NCBI GenBank assembly: GCA_018400295.1
Contig: JAGYMZ010000010.1
Coordinates: 4,579-68,578, forward strand
DNA length: 64,000 bases
Reading direction: 5' to 3'
DNA from: Bacteroidales bacterium
Lineage (GTDB): Bacteria > Bacteroidota > Bacteroidia > Bacteroidales > B18-G4
Positions 30,352-41,061 of the stretch are shown piece by piece. Each line of letters opens with the position of its first letter. Position 1 is the first letter of the stretch. The notes beneath the pieces were generated by a model. That model worked only from the letters and a program-made list of their open reading frames with translations, did not search any database and had not been told where the DNA came from. Made by a program: the position numbers and the translations under genes.

Positions 30352-32797
30352 AAAAGCCCTGAAACGGAAAAACAACAGAAATCTTAAAAGCCATATTCTC
30401 GAAGCTTTTTCGGTATGAATACGGCCCGAAGCGGTAAAAATAGCCGATGCCAATCTCATATATTCTCAGGTTCAGCAAATTATTTATCAACAAACCCGAC
30501 TCATAATACCCGTGTTCAAGGGTTTTGATGCCGGTATTAAAGTGCTTTTCTGTATTATTCAGATCGCCGAAGGCTGCATTGGCAGATATCATAAACTTGG
30601 GATTGAATTTCTCACCACCTGTCAGCAAATTACCGAAATCATGCGTAAAATACAAGGCAACATATCGGTTGGACAAAAACTCATTCATACGCATGGTAGC
30701 AAAGCTCTGAGGTGCAAAAACAGTAAAGGTGCGGAAGCTTCCGTTTCCATTGTACAGATTGCATTGAGGCAGATCCCCGTCAACGTATCCGCCTTTAAGC
30801 ATAAGGCTTGTCTCCCCGAGATATTTTGTATAGAAGGTTTTTTCTATTTTCACATCAACGCGGTTGTAGGCAAATTCCCCATCCATGACATTATTGAAAC
30901 CCCTTGTATATTGTAAATGCAACACCGGATAATCCGAGCCCAGACTCAAGATGGCCCGTGGTGTCCGAAGGATCTTCTCCCGGAATGCAAAGCGTGTCCC
31001 CAGGGTAAGGTTTGTAAAGTGGAAGGTGTTCATGAGCAGGGAAGTACCGTTGGAGCTGTTTCCGTAATAATAGTCCTGGAAAGCCTCTTTGCGGCTGATA
31101 CCGAAGCCCGCGTACCAGGTAAAATGCTTCAGGGCCCGGAACGTCAGGGATGCGTTGTAAGATTCCGTATGGTTCTTTTGCCTGACCAGAAAATTCCTGA
31201 AATAATCGGGCCTTAACAGGCGTGGTTGATCATCAAAAAACCGCACCCCGCCACGCTCTTTGACATCATTATAGTATTGAAAACCGAGCTTTACCTCGTT
31301 TCTCCTGTATATATTAAAATCGAGGTTCCCTCCGAACTTTGCCCGCTGGTCTTTAAATCCATAGCCCCAAAATCCCCCGATACTGATGAAACGGGACAAT
31401 TTTTCATTCGTACTTGCCCCAAGGCCAAGGTAAAACCCTTCATAAGGGTTGTACCGCATGAGCCTGTACAAATGGAAATCCAGTATTTTCCATGGGATGC
31501 TCCCTCTCAAGACGGTTTCAAAAGTCTTTGCCATCCGGTCAAATTGGATTTCCCGGCCTATGCTGTCAACAAACGCATAGGTCTTTCTTTCCCGGGCATT
31601 GAGGGAATCCACACGGTATTTCCCCCAGAACTCCTCCTTACGCTCTGTCGCCCGGGGTTCCACATCCACACCCACAGGGCCTAATTTCCTCCGGATAATC
31701 TCAGGATCAAGTTCGATATCACGCAAATAACTCTTACCAATTCCCAGCAGGTTATATGACGCGGAATCTGTGTTTGCTGCGATATTGCCAAAGATCACAT
31801 CCGTATTCAGCTGTACCGGGAACCACCTCCGGCCATCAATATGTTCATACATCTGCTGGATCCGTATGCGGACCGTTCCCCGCTCATCTGCAGGTTCAGC
31901 CCGGACATTCTTGATCGCCCAGCCATTGGAGCTGATCATCAGCACCCCCTTCAAACCATCAAAGTTCGTGTTGATCCTGGGACGGAAAGAAATTATAAAT
32001 ATGCTGTCGCTGGCGCTGGAATAGGTCGTGTCCTCAATCTGGAAAAAATACTTCCTGGTGCTCCCTTTGCTTATGGGATTTACAAAATTCTTATCGGCAA
32101 TGCGGATCAGCTCGTCATAAAAAGAAGTCGATTGGATCTGGGAGATCAAAAAAACAAAAACAGGGTCACGGAAGCCTGAGACCTTGGTGGCAATCACTTT
32201 TTCATGGTCTCTGTCGGGCGCAAGGAACGTACGTTCGGAAACCGTTTCCATAATAAATATATCTTTCTCGCCAAAAAAATCAACAAGCTCTTTCTCTGAG
32301 GCGGATAAAAGCGCAGTATCCTGCCGGTTCAGCGAATCCAGGTTCACCGTAAATATCATCTTATCATACGATGTATATGAAAAGGACTCCATTTTTTCCG
32401 GATCATTGGCATCCCGATTGGCAACGACCTTATGTATGATCCGGTGTGCAGGGTTCTCCTCAGGATAGATCAGCACTTCATCCAACACGATCTCTTTGCG
32501 CTCAAGGGCAACGATAATATTCTTTTCCACATCTTCTGACACCGCATATTTCTCCGGATGATACCCTACATAACTTAAATCCAACGAATGTACCGGAAAG
32601 CGGGTACGTATATCAAAATTGCCATCAATATCCGTGGTCCCGCCATAATTCCCTTCATTGATGCGAATATTCACAAAAGCCAGGGGATGATGATTGGATT
32701 TATCAACCACTTTTCCGGAAACACGATAATCCTGAGCAAAAAGATCATTCAGGAAAAGGAACAAAAACATCAGGATGATACCTGCTCTGTATGTCAT
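30341..32797 (-). CDS. CarboxypepD_reg-like plus DUF5686 outer-membrane protein
   Basis: A signal peptide is followed by YRVSGKVVDKSNHHPLAFVNIRINEGNYGGTTDIDGNFDI, a carboxypeptidase-regulatory-like domain. The long C-terminal part is beta-barrel-like and rich in aromatics. The C-terminus ends ...FPFQGFSNR. Confidence 0.8.
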   Translation of the reverse strand: MTYRAGIILMFLFLFLNDLFAQDYRVSGKVVDKSNHHPLAFVNIRINEGNYGGTTDIDGNFDIRTRFPVHSLDLSYVGYHPEKYAVSEDVEKNIIVALERKEIVLDEVLIYPEENPAHRIIHKVVANRDANDPEKMESFSYTSYDKMIFTVNLDSLNRQDTALLSASEKELVDFFGEKDIFIMETVSERTFLAPDRDHEKVIATKVSGFRDPVFVFLISQIQSTSFYDELIRIADKNFVNPISKGSTRKYFFQIEDTTYSSASDSIFIISFRPRINTNFDGLKGVLMISSNGWAIKNVRAEPADERGTVRIRIQQMYEHIDGRRWFPVQLNTDVIFGNIAANTDSASYNLLGIGKSYLRDIELDPEIIRRKLGPVGVDVEPRATERKEEFWGKYRVDSLNARERKTYAFVDSIGREIQFDRMAKTFETVLRGSIPWKILDFHLYRLMRYNPYEGFYLGLGASTNEKLSRFISIGGFWGYGFKDQRAKFGGNLDFNIYRRNEVKLGFQYYNDVKERGGVRFFDDQPRLLRPDYFRNFLVRQKNHTESYNASLTFRALKHFTWYAGFGISRKEAFQDYYYGNSSNGTSLLMNTFHFTNLTLGTRFAFREKILRTPRAILSLGSDYPVLHLQYTRGFNNVMDGEFAYNRVDVKIEKTFYTKYLGETSLMLKGGYVDGDLPQCNLYNGNGSFRTFTVFAPQSFATMRMNEFLSNRYVALYFTHDFGNLLTGGEKFNPKFMISANAAFGDLNNTEKHFNTGIKTLEHGYYESGLLINNLLNLRIYEIGIGYFYRFGPYSYRKSFENMAFKISVVFPFQGFSNR

Positions 32798-32863
32798 TTT
32801 ATTTGGGATATACTGTTTTTTTATTTACTTTGGAGGGATCCAAAATACAAAAAAACAGGCCAT

Positions 32864-33982
32864 ATGGAAAAAAAAATCCCACTGATCTATACACTCACCG
32901 TTACATTATTGTTTGTCTTCCTGTTTATTTCGGGGATAATTCTCGCAAGGGACTTTTTGGCACCGGTCGTCCTGGCAATACTTTTCAGTTATCTATTGCT
33001 CCCGGTAGTGAATTTTTTAGAAAAGCACAATGTTCACAGCATCCTGGCAAACCTGATCAGTATTCTGCTTTTGCTGGTGATATTGACATCCATCATTCTT
33101 ATCATGTACAAGAACCTGGAGGCTCTGCTCAGCGATCTGCCAACATTGAAAGCCAAAGCGAATCAAAATATTGACCAAATGGCCGGTTTTATAGAAGCGA
33201 ACTTTGGCATAACCATTCAAAGCCAGAAAACCTATCTTAAAGAAGGCATATCCAATCTTTTCGCCGCAGGCGGAACTTTTACCAAGTCCATATTTTCAGC
33301 CACCACATCCACCATTTTTAAATTGGCCGTTTTGCCTGTATTTATCTTTTATTTATTGTTTTACCGCCACCACATCCATGAGTTCATTCTGAAAGCCATT
33401 CCCGAATCCAGGAGAAATACCATCAACGATATCGTATCCAAAATCTCTTATGTCACCCCGCGGTATATCGGGGGAGTGTTCACCGTAGTGCTGATCCTGT
33501 CGGTACTGAACAGCATCGGACTGTATATCATCGGACTGGACCATCCCATTGTTTTCGGGATCATCTCGGCCATTTTCAATTTTATCCCCTATTTCGGAAC
33601 ATGGATCGGAGCCATTATTCCCTTTTTGTTTGCACTTTTGACAGGCAGCACTCCACATCTGGCACTGGCAGTTATTTTCTTGTTTATCATCATTCAATTC
33701 ATTGAGAATAACATCTTAACCCCGAACATCACAGGCAGCTACGTGAATTTAAACCCCTTATTTACCATTTTTTCCATCATTGTCGGAGGCATGATCTGGG
33801 GCCTGATCGGTATGTTCGTCATTGTACCGGTCCTGGCGATGATCAAGATCACCTTTGAACATTTTGAACCCTTAAAACCTTATGCCTTTCTCATTGGGAA
33901 CCGTGTTCATAGCAAATCACGCTGGAAAATATGGCTCCAGAAACAATTTACCTTCCGGGAAAAAAACAAAGGCAATAAGTAG
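32864..33982 (+). CDS. AI-2E (PerM/UPF0118) family transporter, second copy
   Basis: ATG 32864 (MEKKIPLIY) was chosen. The protein is multi-TM and contains the blocks NFIPYFGTWIGAIIP...ENNILTPNITGSYVNLNPL. Confidence 0.8.
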   Translation: MEKKIPLIYTLTVTLLFVFLFISGIILARDFLAPVVLAILFSYLLLPVVNFLEKHNVHSILANLISILLLLVILTSIILIMYKNLEALLSDLPTLKAKANQNIDQMAGFIEANFGITIQSQKTYLKEGISNLFAAGGTFTKSIFSATTSTIFKLAVLPVFIFYLLFYRHHIHEFILKAIPESRRNTINDIVSKISYVTPRYIGGVFTVVLILSVLNSIGLYIIGLDHPIVFGIISAIFNFIPYFGTWIGAIIPFLFALLTGSTPHLALAVIFLFIIIQFIENNILTPNITGSYVNLNPLFTIFSIIVGGMIWGLIGMFVIVPVLAMIKITFEHFEPLKPYAFLIGNRVHSKSRWKIWLQKQFTFREKNKGNK

Positions 33983-34028
33983 TATTTTTGCCGGAACCAA
34001 ACATTCAAAACCGGTCCATTTGAAATAC

Positions 34029-35195
34029 TTGGAAGGCAAATTCCAGATCATCGCCAAAACCTTGCCGGGCCTGGAAGAAATACTCCGGGGCGAGCTTCTT
34101 TCCCTCGGTGCGGACAACATACACAGCCTTACCCGGGGCGCCGAATTTGAAGGTGATAAGGAAACCCTCTATAAAGTGAACTATTGTTGCAGGAATGCCC
34201 TCCGGTTTTTAGTCCCGCTAACTTCCTTCCATGCACCCAATGAAACCCTGTTGTACGAGCGGGTTAAAAAAATTCCCTGGGACAGCATTTTCAAAGTGCA
34301 CCAAACCTTTGCCATCGATGCAAATACATTTGATTCCAGGATCAGTCACTCCCGTTACCTGACCCAGAAAACCAAAGATGCCATTGCCGATCATTTCAGG
34401 GAGAAATATTCCAGAAGGCCTACCGTCAATACGGAGGACCCGGAGATCAGAATAAACATCCACCTGAACAATAATACTTGTACCGTTTCCCTGGACAGCT
34501 CCGGTGGTTCCCTGCATCTGAGAGGATACAGGAAACGGAACAGCCCCGCCCCCCTGAATGAAGTGCTTGCTTCCGGAATAATTGATATGAGCGGATGGAA
34601 CGGCACAACAGATTTCATTGACCCCATGTGCGGTTCCGGGACCCTTGTCATAGAAGCAGCCATGAAAGCGCTGAAGTTGCCCCCCGGTAAAATCCGTAAG
34701 CATTACGGACTGATGAACTGGTTAACGTTTGACGATACGCTTTGGAATGCGGTGAAACAGGACGCAGACGATCAGATATTGAAAACACTTCCCTGCCGGA
34801 TAGAAGGCTCCGATGCCGATGGCAACATGATATCTGTCAGTCGTTCGCACAGTACATTTGCAGGAGTCCGGCCATTTATCTCATTAAAAAAAGCAAACTT
34901 TCTCCATAGGGATGCACCCTTTGAAAGCGGAACACTCATTACCAATCCCCCTTATGGTGAACGGATCCCGTTGAAGGAACCGGAGCGCTTTTACAAAACC
35001 ATGGGAGATACGTTAAAGCATAAATACACAGGGTATTCCGCATGGATCCTCACGGCAGACTATAAATCCGCAAAACATACCGGGTTGAGGACATCAAAAA
35101 AAATCCGGCTGTACAACGGACAACTGGAATGCAGATTGCTTAACTTTGAGATCTATCCGGGCAGCCTGAAAAAAATGCCGCGGAATAAAACATAA
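34029..35195 (+). CDS. THUMP-domain class I SAM-dependent RNA methyltransferase (RlmL/YpsC-like)
   Basis: The motifs FQIIAKTLPGLEEIL (THUMP N-terminus), DPMCGSGTLVIEA (SAM motif I) and ITNPPYGERI (the NPPY catalytic motif) are present. There is no in-frame ATG after the upstream gene ends. TTG 34029 is assumed, and TTG 34020 is an alternative. Confidence 0.75.
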   Translation: MEGKFQIIAKTLPGLEEILRGELLSLGADNIHSLTRGAEFEGDKETLYKVNYCCRNALRFLVPLTSFHAPNETLLYERVKKIPWDSIFKVHQTFAIDANTFDSRISHSRYLTQKTKDAIADHFREKYSRRPTVNTEDPEIRINIHLNNNTCTVSLDSSGGSLHLRGYRKRNSPAPLNEVLASGIIDMSGWNGTTDFIDPMCGSGTLVIEAAMKALKLPPGKIRKHYGLMNWLTFDDTLWNAVKQDADDQILKTLPCRIEGSDADGNMISVSRSHSTFAGVRPFISLKKANFLHRDAPFESGTLITNPPYGERIPLKEPERFYKTMGDTLKHKYTGYSAWILTADYKSAKHTGLRTSKKIRLYNGQLECRLLNFEIYPGSLKKMPRNKT

Positions 35196-35291
35196 AATGA
35201 TTTTTACTTGAATTTATCAGGATATTTTTGTATATAACAGGAATAAGAAGTTGGCAACAACCGGCAGCAATCATAAATAAATTGTGATCTC

Positions 35292-36272
35292 ATGAATACG
35301 ATCAAAAAAATAGGCGTATTAACGTCGGGAGGTGACGCTCCGGGGATGAATGCAGCCATCCGGGCCATTGTCAGGACCGCCATTTATGAAAACCTGGAAG
35401 TTGCAGGGATCTTCCGCGGATATCAGGGCCTGATCAACGGAGAAATGAAATCGATGAAAAGCCACTCCGTATCCAACATCATCCAGCGGGGAGGCACCAT
35501 ACTTAAATCTGCCAGAAGCGAGGAATTCAGGAACAGCAAAGGAAGAAAGAAAGCCTATCAGAAACTTACAAAAAACAACATCGATGCACTGGTGGTCATC
35601 GGGGGCGACGGCACTTTCACCGGCGCCAGGATATTTGAAGAAGAGTATGATTTCCCCATCATCGGCCTCCCGGGCACCATTGATAATGACCTCTATGGTA
35701 CGGATTATACCATTGGATATGACACAGCCATCAATACGGTCGTTCAGGCAGTGGACAAGATCCGCGATACTGCCGACTCACACGACAGGCTCTTTATCAT
35801 TGAGGTAATGGGCAGAGATGCCGGCTTTATAGCCCTTCGCAGCGGCATAGCCACCGGGGCAGAAAAGATCCTGGTTCCGGAAAGCAAAACCTATATGGAT
35901 AATCTGATCCGTTTGCTAAAGCACGACTGGCGTAAAAACAAAACATCAGGGATCATCATCGTAGCAGAAGGAGACGATTCCGGAGGGGCATTCGAGGTGG
36001 CAAGACGGATCAATGAAAAATTTGACCAGTATGAGACACGCATAAGCATCCTGGGCCACATACAACGGGGGGGATCGCCCACGGCCATGGATCGTGTCCT
36101 GGCAAGTTTACTGGGTTACGCTTCCATAAAATCCCTTCTGGAAGGCAAGCATGGGGTAATGGTCGGACAGGTGAACAAAGAGATCATACAAACCCCTTTC
36201 GAAAAATCCATCAAGCACCACCGTACCATTAATCTGGAATTACTTGAAATTTCAAGGATCCTGGCCATCTGA
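35292..36272 (+). CDS. pfkA: ATP-dependent 6-phosphofructokinase
   Basis: The motifs IGVLTSGGDAPGMNAAIR, VVIGGDGTF, GLPGTIDNDL, MGRDAGF and LGHIQRGG are present. Confidence 0.95.
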   Translation: MNTIKKIGVLTSGGDAPGMNAAIRAIVRTAIYENLEVAGIFRGYQGLINGEMKSMKSHSVSNIIQRGGTILKSARSEEFRNSKGRKKAYQKLTKNNIDALVVIGGDGTFTGARIFEEEYDFPIIGLPGTIDNDLYGTDYTIGYDTAINTVVQAVDKIRDTADSHDRLFIIEVMGRDAGFIALRSGIATGAEKILVPESKTYMDNLIRLLKHDWRKNKTSGIIIVAEGDDSGGAFEVARRINEKFDQYETRISILGHIQRGGSPTAMDRVLASLLGYASIKSLLEGKHGVMVGQVNKEIIQTPFEKSIKHHRTINLELLEISRILAI

Positions 36273-36286
36273 ACCTTCATGCTTTT

Positions 36287-38767
36287 ATGGACTACAAAAC
36301 ACGCTTCGTCGATGTCATCCTTCCCCTTCCCGTCAGCGGTACGTTTACATACCGCTTGCAGAGGAAGCACAACGAAGCCATAGCCATCGGAAAAAGGGTC
36401 GTTGTTCAGTTCGGCCGGAAAAAGATCTATACCGCAATCGTTGCCAAGGTTCATGAAAAAGTCCCGGATGCATATGATGTAAAATACATCCTGGACATTC
36501 TTGACGATGCACCGGTGATCCGGGGTTATCAGCTGCAACTCTGGTATTGGATGTCGGATTATTATATGTGTGAACTTGGGGAAGTATCCAATGCAGCCCT
36601 GCCGGGCGGACTAAAACTGGCCAGCGAAACGCGGATCGCCCTGAACCGGAACGCGGCACCAGAACCGGAATTCATGAACCACAAAGAACGCACCATCATC
36701 GAAGCGTTAACCTGCCAGGGCCCCCTGACCATAGCAGAGATCAGCAATATTTTGAACCAGAAAAAGGTAATGCACCTGGTCCGCAACCTCATTGAACGGT
36801 CACTGGTAATAACACAGGAACAGGTCAAAGAAAAATACAGTCCAAAAATTGAAACCTACGTCCGCTTATCCAAAGAATACGAGGACGGAGAAAAAATGAA
36901 GCAAGCCCTGGATGCATTGGAAAAACGCGCCTATAAGCAACTGCAAATGTTGTTATCCTTCATCAACCTGTCCCGGAATACACAGGATGCCGAAAGAAAG
37001 GAGATCAAAAAATCCACCTTGATCAAAAGTGCCGGGGGCAGTCATGCACAGTTCAATTCCCTGGTTGATAAAGGCATTCTGAGTACTTATGAAAAAGCGG
37101 AAAATCGTATCCCGGTTCAAAAAGCCATCCGGAAACCCTCAGATATTGTGCTGACTGCTCCCCAAAAAGAAACACTCCACGGGATACATGCAGCATTTGA
37201 TCAAAAGGATGTCATTTTGCTTCACGGCGTCACCTCCAGTGGCAAGACCGAGATTTACATCAAACTGATCGAAGAAATGATCCGTTCAGGCAAACAGGTA
37301 CTTTATCTTTTACCGGAAATTGCCCTCACCACTCAGGTCATCCGCCGGCTTACCAAATATTTTGGCTCCTCGGCAGGTGTTTATCATTCCCGTTTCAACC
37401 AGATGGAGCGGGTAGAGATATGGGGACAAATGTTGAGGGAGGAAAATCCGCTACCCCTCGTGCTGGGAGCTCGTTCCGCCCTTTTCCTGCCCTTCAGTAA
37501 CCTGGGTCTCGTCATTATCGATGAAGAACACGATACTTCATACAAGCAATACGATCCGGCACCAAGATACAATGCCAGGGACACCGCTATATACCTGGCA
37601 AGGCTTTTTGGTGCAAAGACTTTGATGGGCACAGCCACCCCATCTTTTGAGAGTTATTATAACGGCCTGACCGGAAAGTACGGTCTTGTCAGATTACAGG
37701 AAAGATACGGAAACATTGAATTGCCAAAGATACGCATCGTCGACCTCCGCAAAGACCACATGACATCAAAAAAAAGATCCCATTTTTCATCCGTCCTTCT
37801 GAATGAAATAGAAAGATCCCTGAAAGATGACAAGCAGGTCATCCTTTTTCAAAACCGGAGGGGATTTTCCCTGAGACTGGAGTGCTCCCATTGCGGCCAT
37901 ATCCCCATGTGTGTCCATTGCGACATATCCCTTACCTACCATAAATATCAAAACCACCTGCGTTGCCATTACTGCGGATACCATTCACCTGTCCCCTCAC
38001 GTTGCCCGGAATGCGGAAGCAAGGAAATATTCATGAAAGGTTTTGGAACGGAGAAAATAGAGGACGAATTGAATTCCTTTTTCCCCAGGGCCAGGATCAG
38101 ACGCATGGACCTGGACACAACACGTTCCAGGTATTCATACCAACAGATCATAAGCGATTTTGAATCCCGCAGGATAGATATCCTGGTAGGGACTCAAATG
38201 ATAACCAAGGGACTTGATTTCAACGATGTCGATCTGGTTGGCATCATGAATGCGGACAATATGCTGACCTTTCCCGATTTCAGGGCATTTGAACGAAGTG
38301 TCCAGCTCATGCTGCAGGTAAGCGGACGTGCCGGGAGGAAACACCGCAGGGGCAACGTATTCATACAGACATACCATCCGGAACATCCGGTTTTTAAAGA
38401 TGTACTGAACCACGACTATGTCTCATTCTATCATGCACACATCACGGAAAGAGAAACCTTCAAGTATCCTCCGTTTTACAGGCTTATCTCTTTAAAGGTC
38501 AGGCATCGCGACCAGGATGTCATGAACAGGGCAGCAGATGCACTGGGGTCCGGTCTGAAAAAAACTTTCGGGAAGCGGGTATTGGGTCCCGAATACCCGC
38601 TGGTGACCCGGATCAAAAATCAATATATAAAACAAATACTGATCAAGCTGGAGAAAAGTGCTTCCGTAACGTTCAGCCGGAACGCCATTCTTGAATGCGT
38701 CAATGATCTGATGGAAACACAAGAATACAAAAGGATACAAATTCAGATAGATGCCGATCCGTTATAA
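36287..38767 (+). CDS. priA: Primosomal protein N' (replication restart helicase PriA)
   Basis: Walker A GVTSSGKTE and the DEEH box (IIDEEHD) are present. The Cys-rich zinc region reads CSHCGHIPMCVHCDISLTYHK...CHYCGY...CPECGS. Confidence 0.95.
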   Translation: MDYKTRFVDVILPLPVSGTFTYRLQRKHNEAIAIGKRVVVQFGRKKIYTAIVAKVHEKVPDAYDVKYILDILDDAPVIRGYQLQLWYWMSDYYMCELGEVSNAALPGGLKLASETRIALNRNAAPEPEFMNHKERTIIEALTCQGPLTIAEISNILNQKKVMHLVRNLIERSLVITQEQVKEKYSPKIETYVRLSKEYEDGEKMKQALDALEKRAYKQLQMLLSFINLSRNTQDAERKEIKKSTLIKSAGGSHAQFNSLVDKGILSTYEKAENRIPVQKAIRKPSDIVLTAPQKETLHGIHAAFDQKDVILLHGVTSSGKTEIYIKLIEEMIRSGKQVLYLLPEIALTTQVIRRLTKYFGSSAGVYHSRFNQMERVEIWGQMLREENPLPLVLGARSALFLPFSNLGLVIIDEEHDTSYKQYDPAPRYNARDTAIYLARLFGAKTLMGTATPSFESYYNGLTGKYGLVRLQERYGNIELPKIRIVDLRKDHMTSKKRSHFSSVLLNEIERSLKDDKQVILFQNRRGFSLRLECSHCGHIPMCVHCDISLTYHKYQNHLRCHYCGYHSPVPSRCPECGSKEIFMKGFGTEKIEDELNSFFPRARIRRMDLDTTRSRYSYQQIISDFESRRIDILVGTQMITKGLDFNDVDLVGIMNADNMLTFPDFRAFERSVQLMLQVSGRAGRKHRRGNVFIQTYHPEHPVFKDVLNHDYVSFYHAHITERETFKYPPFYRLISLKVRHRDQDVMNRAADALGSGLKKTFGKRVLGPEYPLVTRIKNQYIKQILIKLEKSASVTFSRNAILECVNDLMETQEYKRIQIQIDADPL

Positions 38768-38770
38768 AGC

Positions 38771-39061
38771 TCAATCCCTGATGATCACGAAAATATCCTC
38801 ATTTTCTTTTTTCATCAGGTATCTTTCACGGGCAAACTTTTCCAGGAGATCTTCATCGTTCATAAGTTCGCGGGAAGCTTCCCTGTTCTTTCCGATGGCC
38901 TCCTCATAAAACGCTTTTTGCTTTTTCAGATCCCGTAATTGTCCTGATAACCTGGATTGCCTGATCAGGCTATTGTTATCAAAAAACATCAGCCAGACAA
39001 GAAAGGCTGCCGTGGAAACAACATATTTATTATTCAGGGATGACAATATCGTAGTAAGCAT
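38771..39061 (-). CDS. FtsB/DivIC-type septum formation initiator family protein
   Basis: A 96-aa protein with one N-terminal TM helix followed by a coiled coil, ending ARERYLMKKENEDIFVI, which is typical of this family. Confidence 0.7.
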   Translation of the reverse strand: MLTTILSSLNNKYVVSTAAFLVWLMFFDNNSLIRQSRLSGQLRDLKKQKAFYEEAIGKNREASRELMNDEDLLEKFARERYLMKKENEDIFVIIRD

Positions 39062-39153
39062 ATGCGCGGTCCTGTTTTACAACAAATTTAACATCCCTGG
39101 GAAGCAAAAGCAAGGCCTGATCAAAAAAACATCACCAGTCCATTGTTCATAAC

Positions 39154-39660
39154 TTACAGATCAGGGGCGCCATTGATCTTTTCCATGGCTTTCGACAATT
39201 GCGCCCGGGTTAGTTTTCCATCCAGCCAGGTCCGGTCAATATCCGCATCATATTTTTCATAGAACCGGATGGCAGGGGTATTCCAATCCAGCACCTGCCA
39301 TTGAAGTCTTTTGGCACCCATGGTATAAGACAGTCTGATCACTTCATCGAACAATTGTGTCCCGATACCATTGCCACGGTATGCTTCTCTGACGATGATA
39401 TCCTCAAGATACAAACATTTTCCTTTCCAGGTAGAATACGAAATAAAGAAAAAAGCCATACCCAGGATTTTTTCCCGGTCAACGGCAAGGATGATCCGGA
39501 ACAGCGGGTGTTCACCAAAACCATCTTCCACCAATTCCTCCAGTGTAACGGTCACTTCACCGTTGGCCCTTTCATAAGCAGCCAGCTCACGGATCAGGGA
39601 CAGCACTTCGGGAAGATCGTCCGCGCGGGCAAATCTCAATGCTATCGTATCTGTATTCAT
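39154..39660 (-). CDS. GNAT-family N-acetyltransferase (diamine/spermidine acetyltransferase-like)
   Basis: The acetyl-CoA-binding motif A region reads LEDIIVREAYRGNGIGTQLF. Length is 168 aa. Confidence 0.8.
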   Translation of the reverse strand: MNTDTIALRFARADDLPEVLSLIRELAAYERANGEVTVTLEELVEDGFGEHPLFRIILAVDREKILGMAFFFISYSTWKGKCLYLEDIIVREAYRGNGIGTQLFDEVIRLSYTMGAKRLQWQVLDWNTPAIRFYEKYDADIDRTWLDGKLTRAQLSKAMEKINGAPDL

Positions 39661-39663
39661 TGT

Positions 39664-40599
39664 TCAGTGTGCATCTATATGGTGCAGCATCATGATCATA
39701 TGCCGCAGGGATTTAAGAATTTCCGGCATATATTCCCTTATGGCCTTAACGCTTCCGGGCAGGGCGAACACAAGTGTCTGGCCCATCACGCCTGCAAGGC
39801 TCCGGCTCAACAATGCATTGGGCTTTTCCTGTCCGTATTTCAGTCGGATCGCATCCATGATCCCGGGGATGATCATATCCAGATTATGCTGTACGACCTC
39901 CGGTGTAATGTCCCGCGGGCCTATCCCGGTGCCTCCGGTGGTAATGAAAACATCCGTTTTTTTGACCCGGGCATCCTTCAACAATAAATCCAGCTGCTCG
40001 GCCTGATCAGGGATGATATGATGATCAATTTCATGCTTCCAGCCAAGGGTATGATAATACTGTTCAAGATGCTCAACAACGCCCGGACCGCTGCGGTCCT
40101 CATATTCCCCTTTGCTGGCCCGGTCGCTCAAAGTAACAACCGTATTATGAAAAGTACGGGGAATGTATTCCATGGGATCACCGGCCTGGAGGCCGCCGTT
40201 TTTGATCACACGGCAAAAGATCCCCTCTTTGGGCATCACACAATTGCCCACTTCCCTAAAAATAGCACAGGCATCACCGTGGCATTTTTTACCGATCTGG
40301 GTAACCTCCAGCGCAACCTGTTCCGAAACAAACCGGTCAAGTGGATTCGCCTCATACAAAAGCATGCCTTCGGTCGTGATGTTTTCAGCGAATTCCCCGA
40401 ATCCAATCTTCCGGCCGGCCTCTTTTTCAAATTTCTCAATGCTTTCCCTTGCCAGCATGCTTACCTGCCTGTGCCAGGCTCCGGCATGGGCATCACCCTC
40501 GACCCCATGTGCATTTAAAACGATCCTTTCCACAGGGACTTTGATGGTCCCTTTTTCCCTGGACAAATTGACAGACTTCACCGTGATTTTTCCGCTCAT
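39664..40599 (-). CDS. Fusion of a MOSC domain with a MogA/MoaB-type molybdopterin-binding domain
   Basis: The N-terminal ~150 aa is MOSC-like (GVEGDAHAG...ENITTEGM...QIGKKCHGD). The C-terminal ~155 aa is MogA/MoaB-like (VVTLSDRASKGEYEDRSGP...FITTGGTGIGPRDITPE...PGSVKA). Confidence 0.8.
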   Translation of the reverse strand: MSGKITVKSVNLSREKGTIKVPVERIVLNAHGVEGDAHAGAWHRQVSMLARESIEKFEKEAGRKIGFGEFAENITTEGMLLYEANPLDRFVSEQVALEVTQIGKKCHGDACAIFREVGNCVMPKEGIFCRVIKNGGLQAGDPMEYIPRTFHNTVVTLSDRASKGEYEDRSGPGVVEHLEQYYHTLGWKHEIDHHIIPDQAEQLDLLLKDARVKKTDVFITTGGTGIGPRDITPEVVQHNLDMIIPGIMDAIRLKYGQEKPNALLSRSLAGVMGQTLVFALPGSVKAIREYMPEILKSLRHMIMMLHHIDAH

Positions 40600-40683
40600 A
40601 TTAAAAAAAATTGTACCTTGAACACCCGAAAGACCCTGCTTGAATTAAGCCGGATCACAAAAGTAGAACAAAAAATCAAAACA

Positions 40684-41052
40684 ATGGAAAACAAACCGGA
40701 AGAACAGCAGCTGATCAAAGAAGTAAGCTCCCCCATATTTCAAAGCAGGGGATGGATGAAATTCATCGGCATCATTTCTATTATTTATGGTGCGCTTTTG
40801 GCGCTCAGCATCGTCGGGATCATCATTGCATGGCTTCCCATCTGGCTTGGAATATTGATATTCCAATCCGCATCCTCAGCTGAAAAAGCCTTTGTCATGG
40901 GTGATAAACATGAAATGATCCGGTCCATGGACCAGTTGAAAACGTATTTCACGATCAGCGGAGTGCTGGCACTTATTGCCATTGTGTTATCGGTCATTGG
41001 ATTGACGCTGGGAGTGTTCGGCGCATTATTCTCTATGGCCCATTATTTTTGA
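40684..41052 (+). CDS. Small membrane protein, DUF5362-like
   Basis: ATG 40684 was chosen. The sequence WMKFIGIISIIYGALLALSIVGIIIAWLPIWLGILIFQSA matches my memory of the DUF5362 core. A second TM pair lies at the C-terminus. Confidence 0.6.
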   Translation: MENKPEEQQLIKEVSSPIFQSRGWMKFIGIISIIYGALLALSIVGIIIAWLPIWLGILIFQSASSAEKAFVMGDKHEMIRSMDQLKTYFTISGVLALIAIVLSVIGLTLGVFGALFSMAHYF

Positions 41053-41061
41053 TAATGCCCC

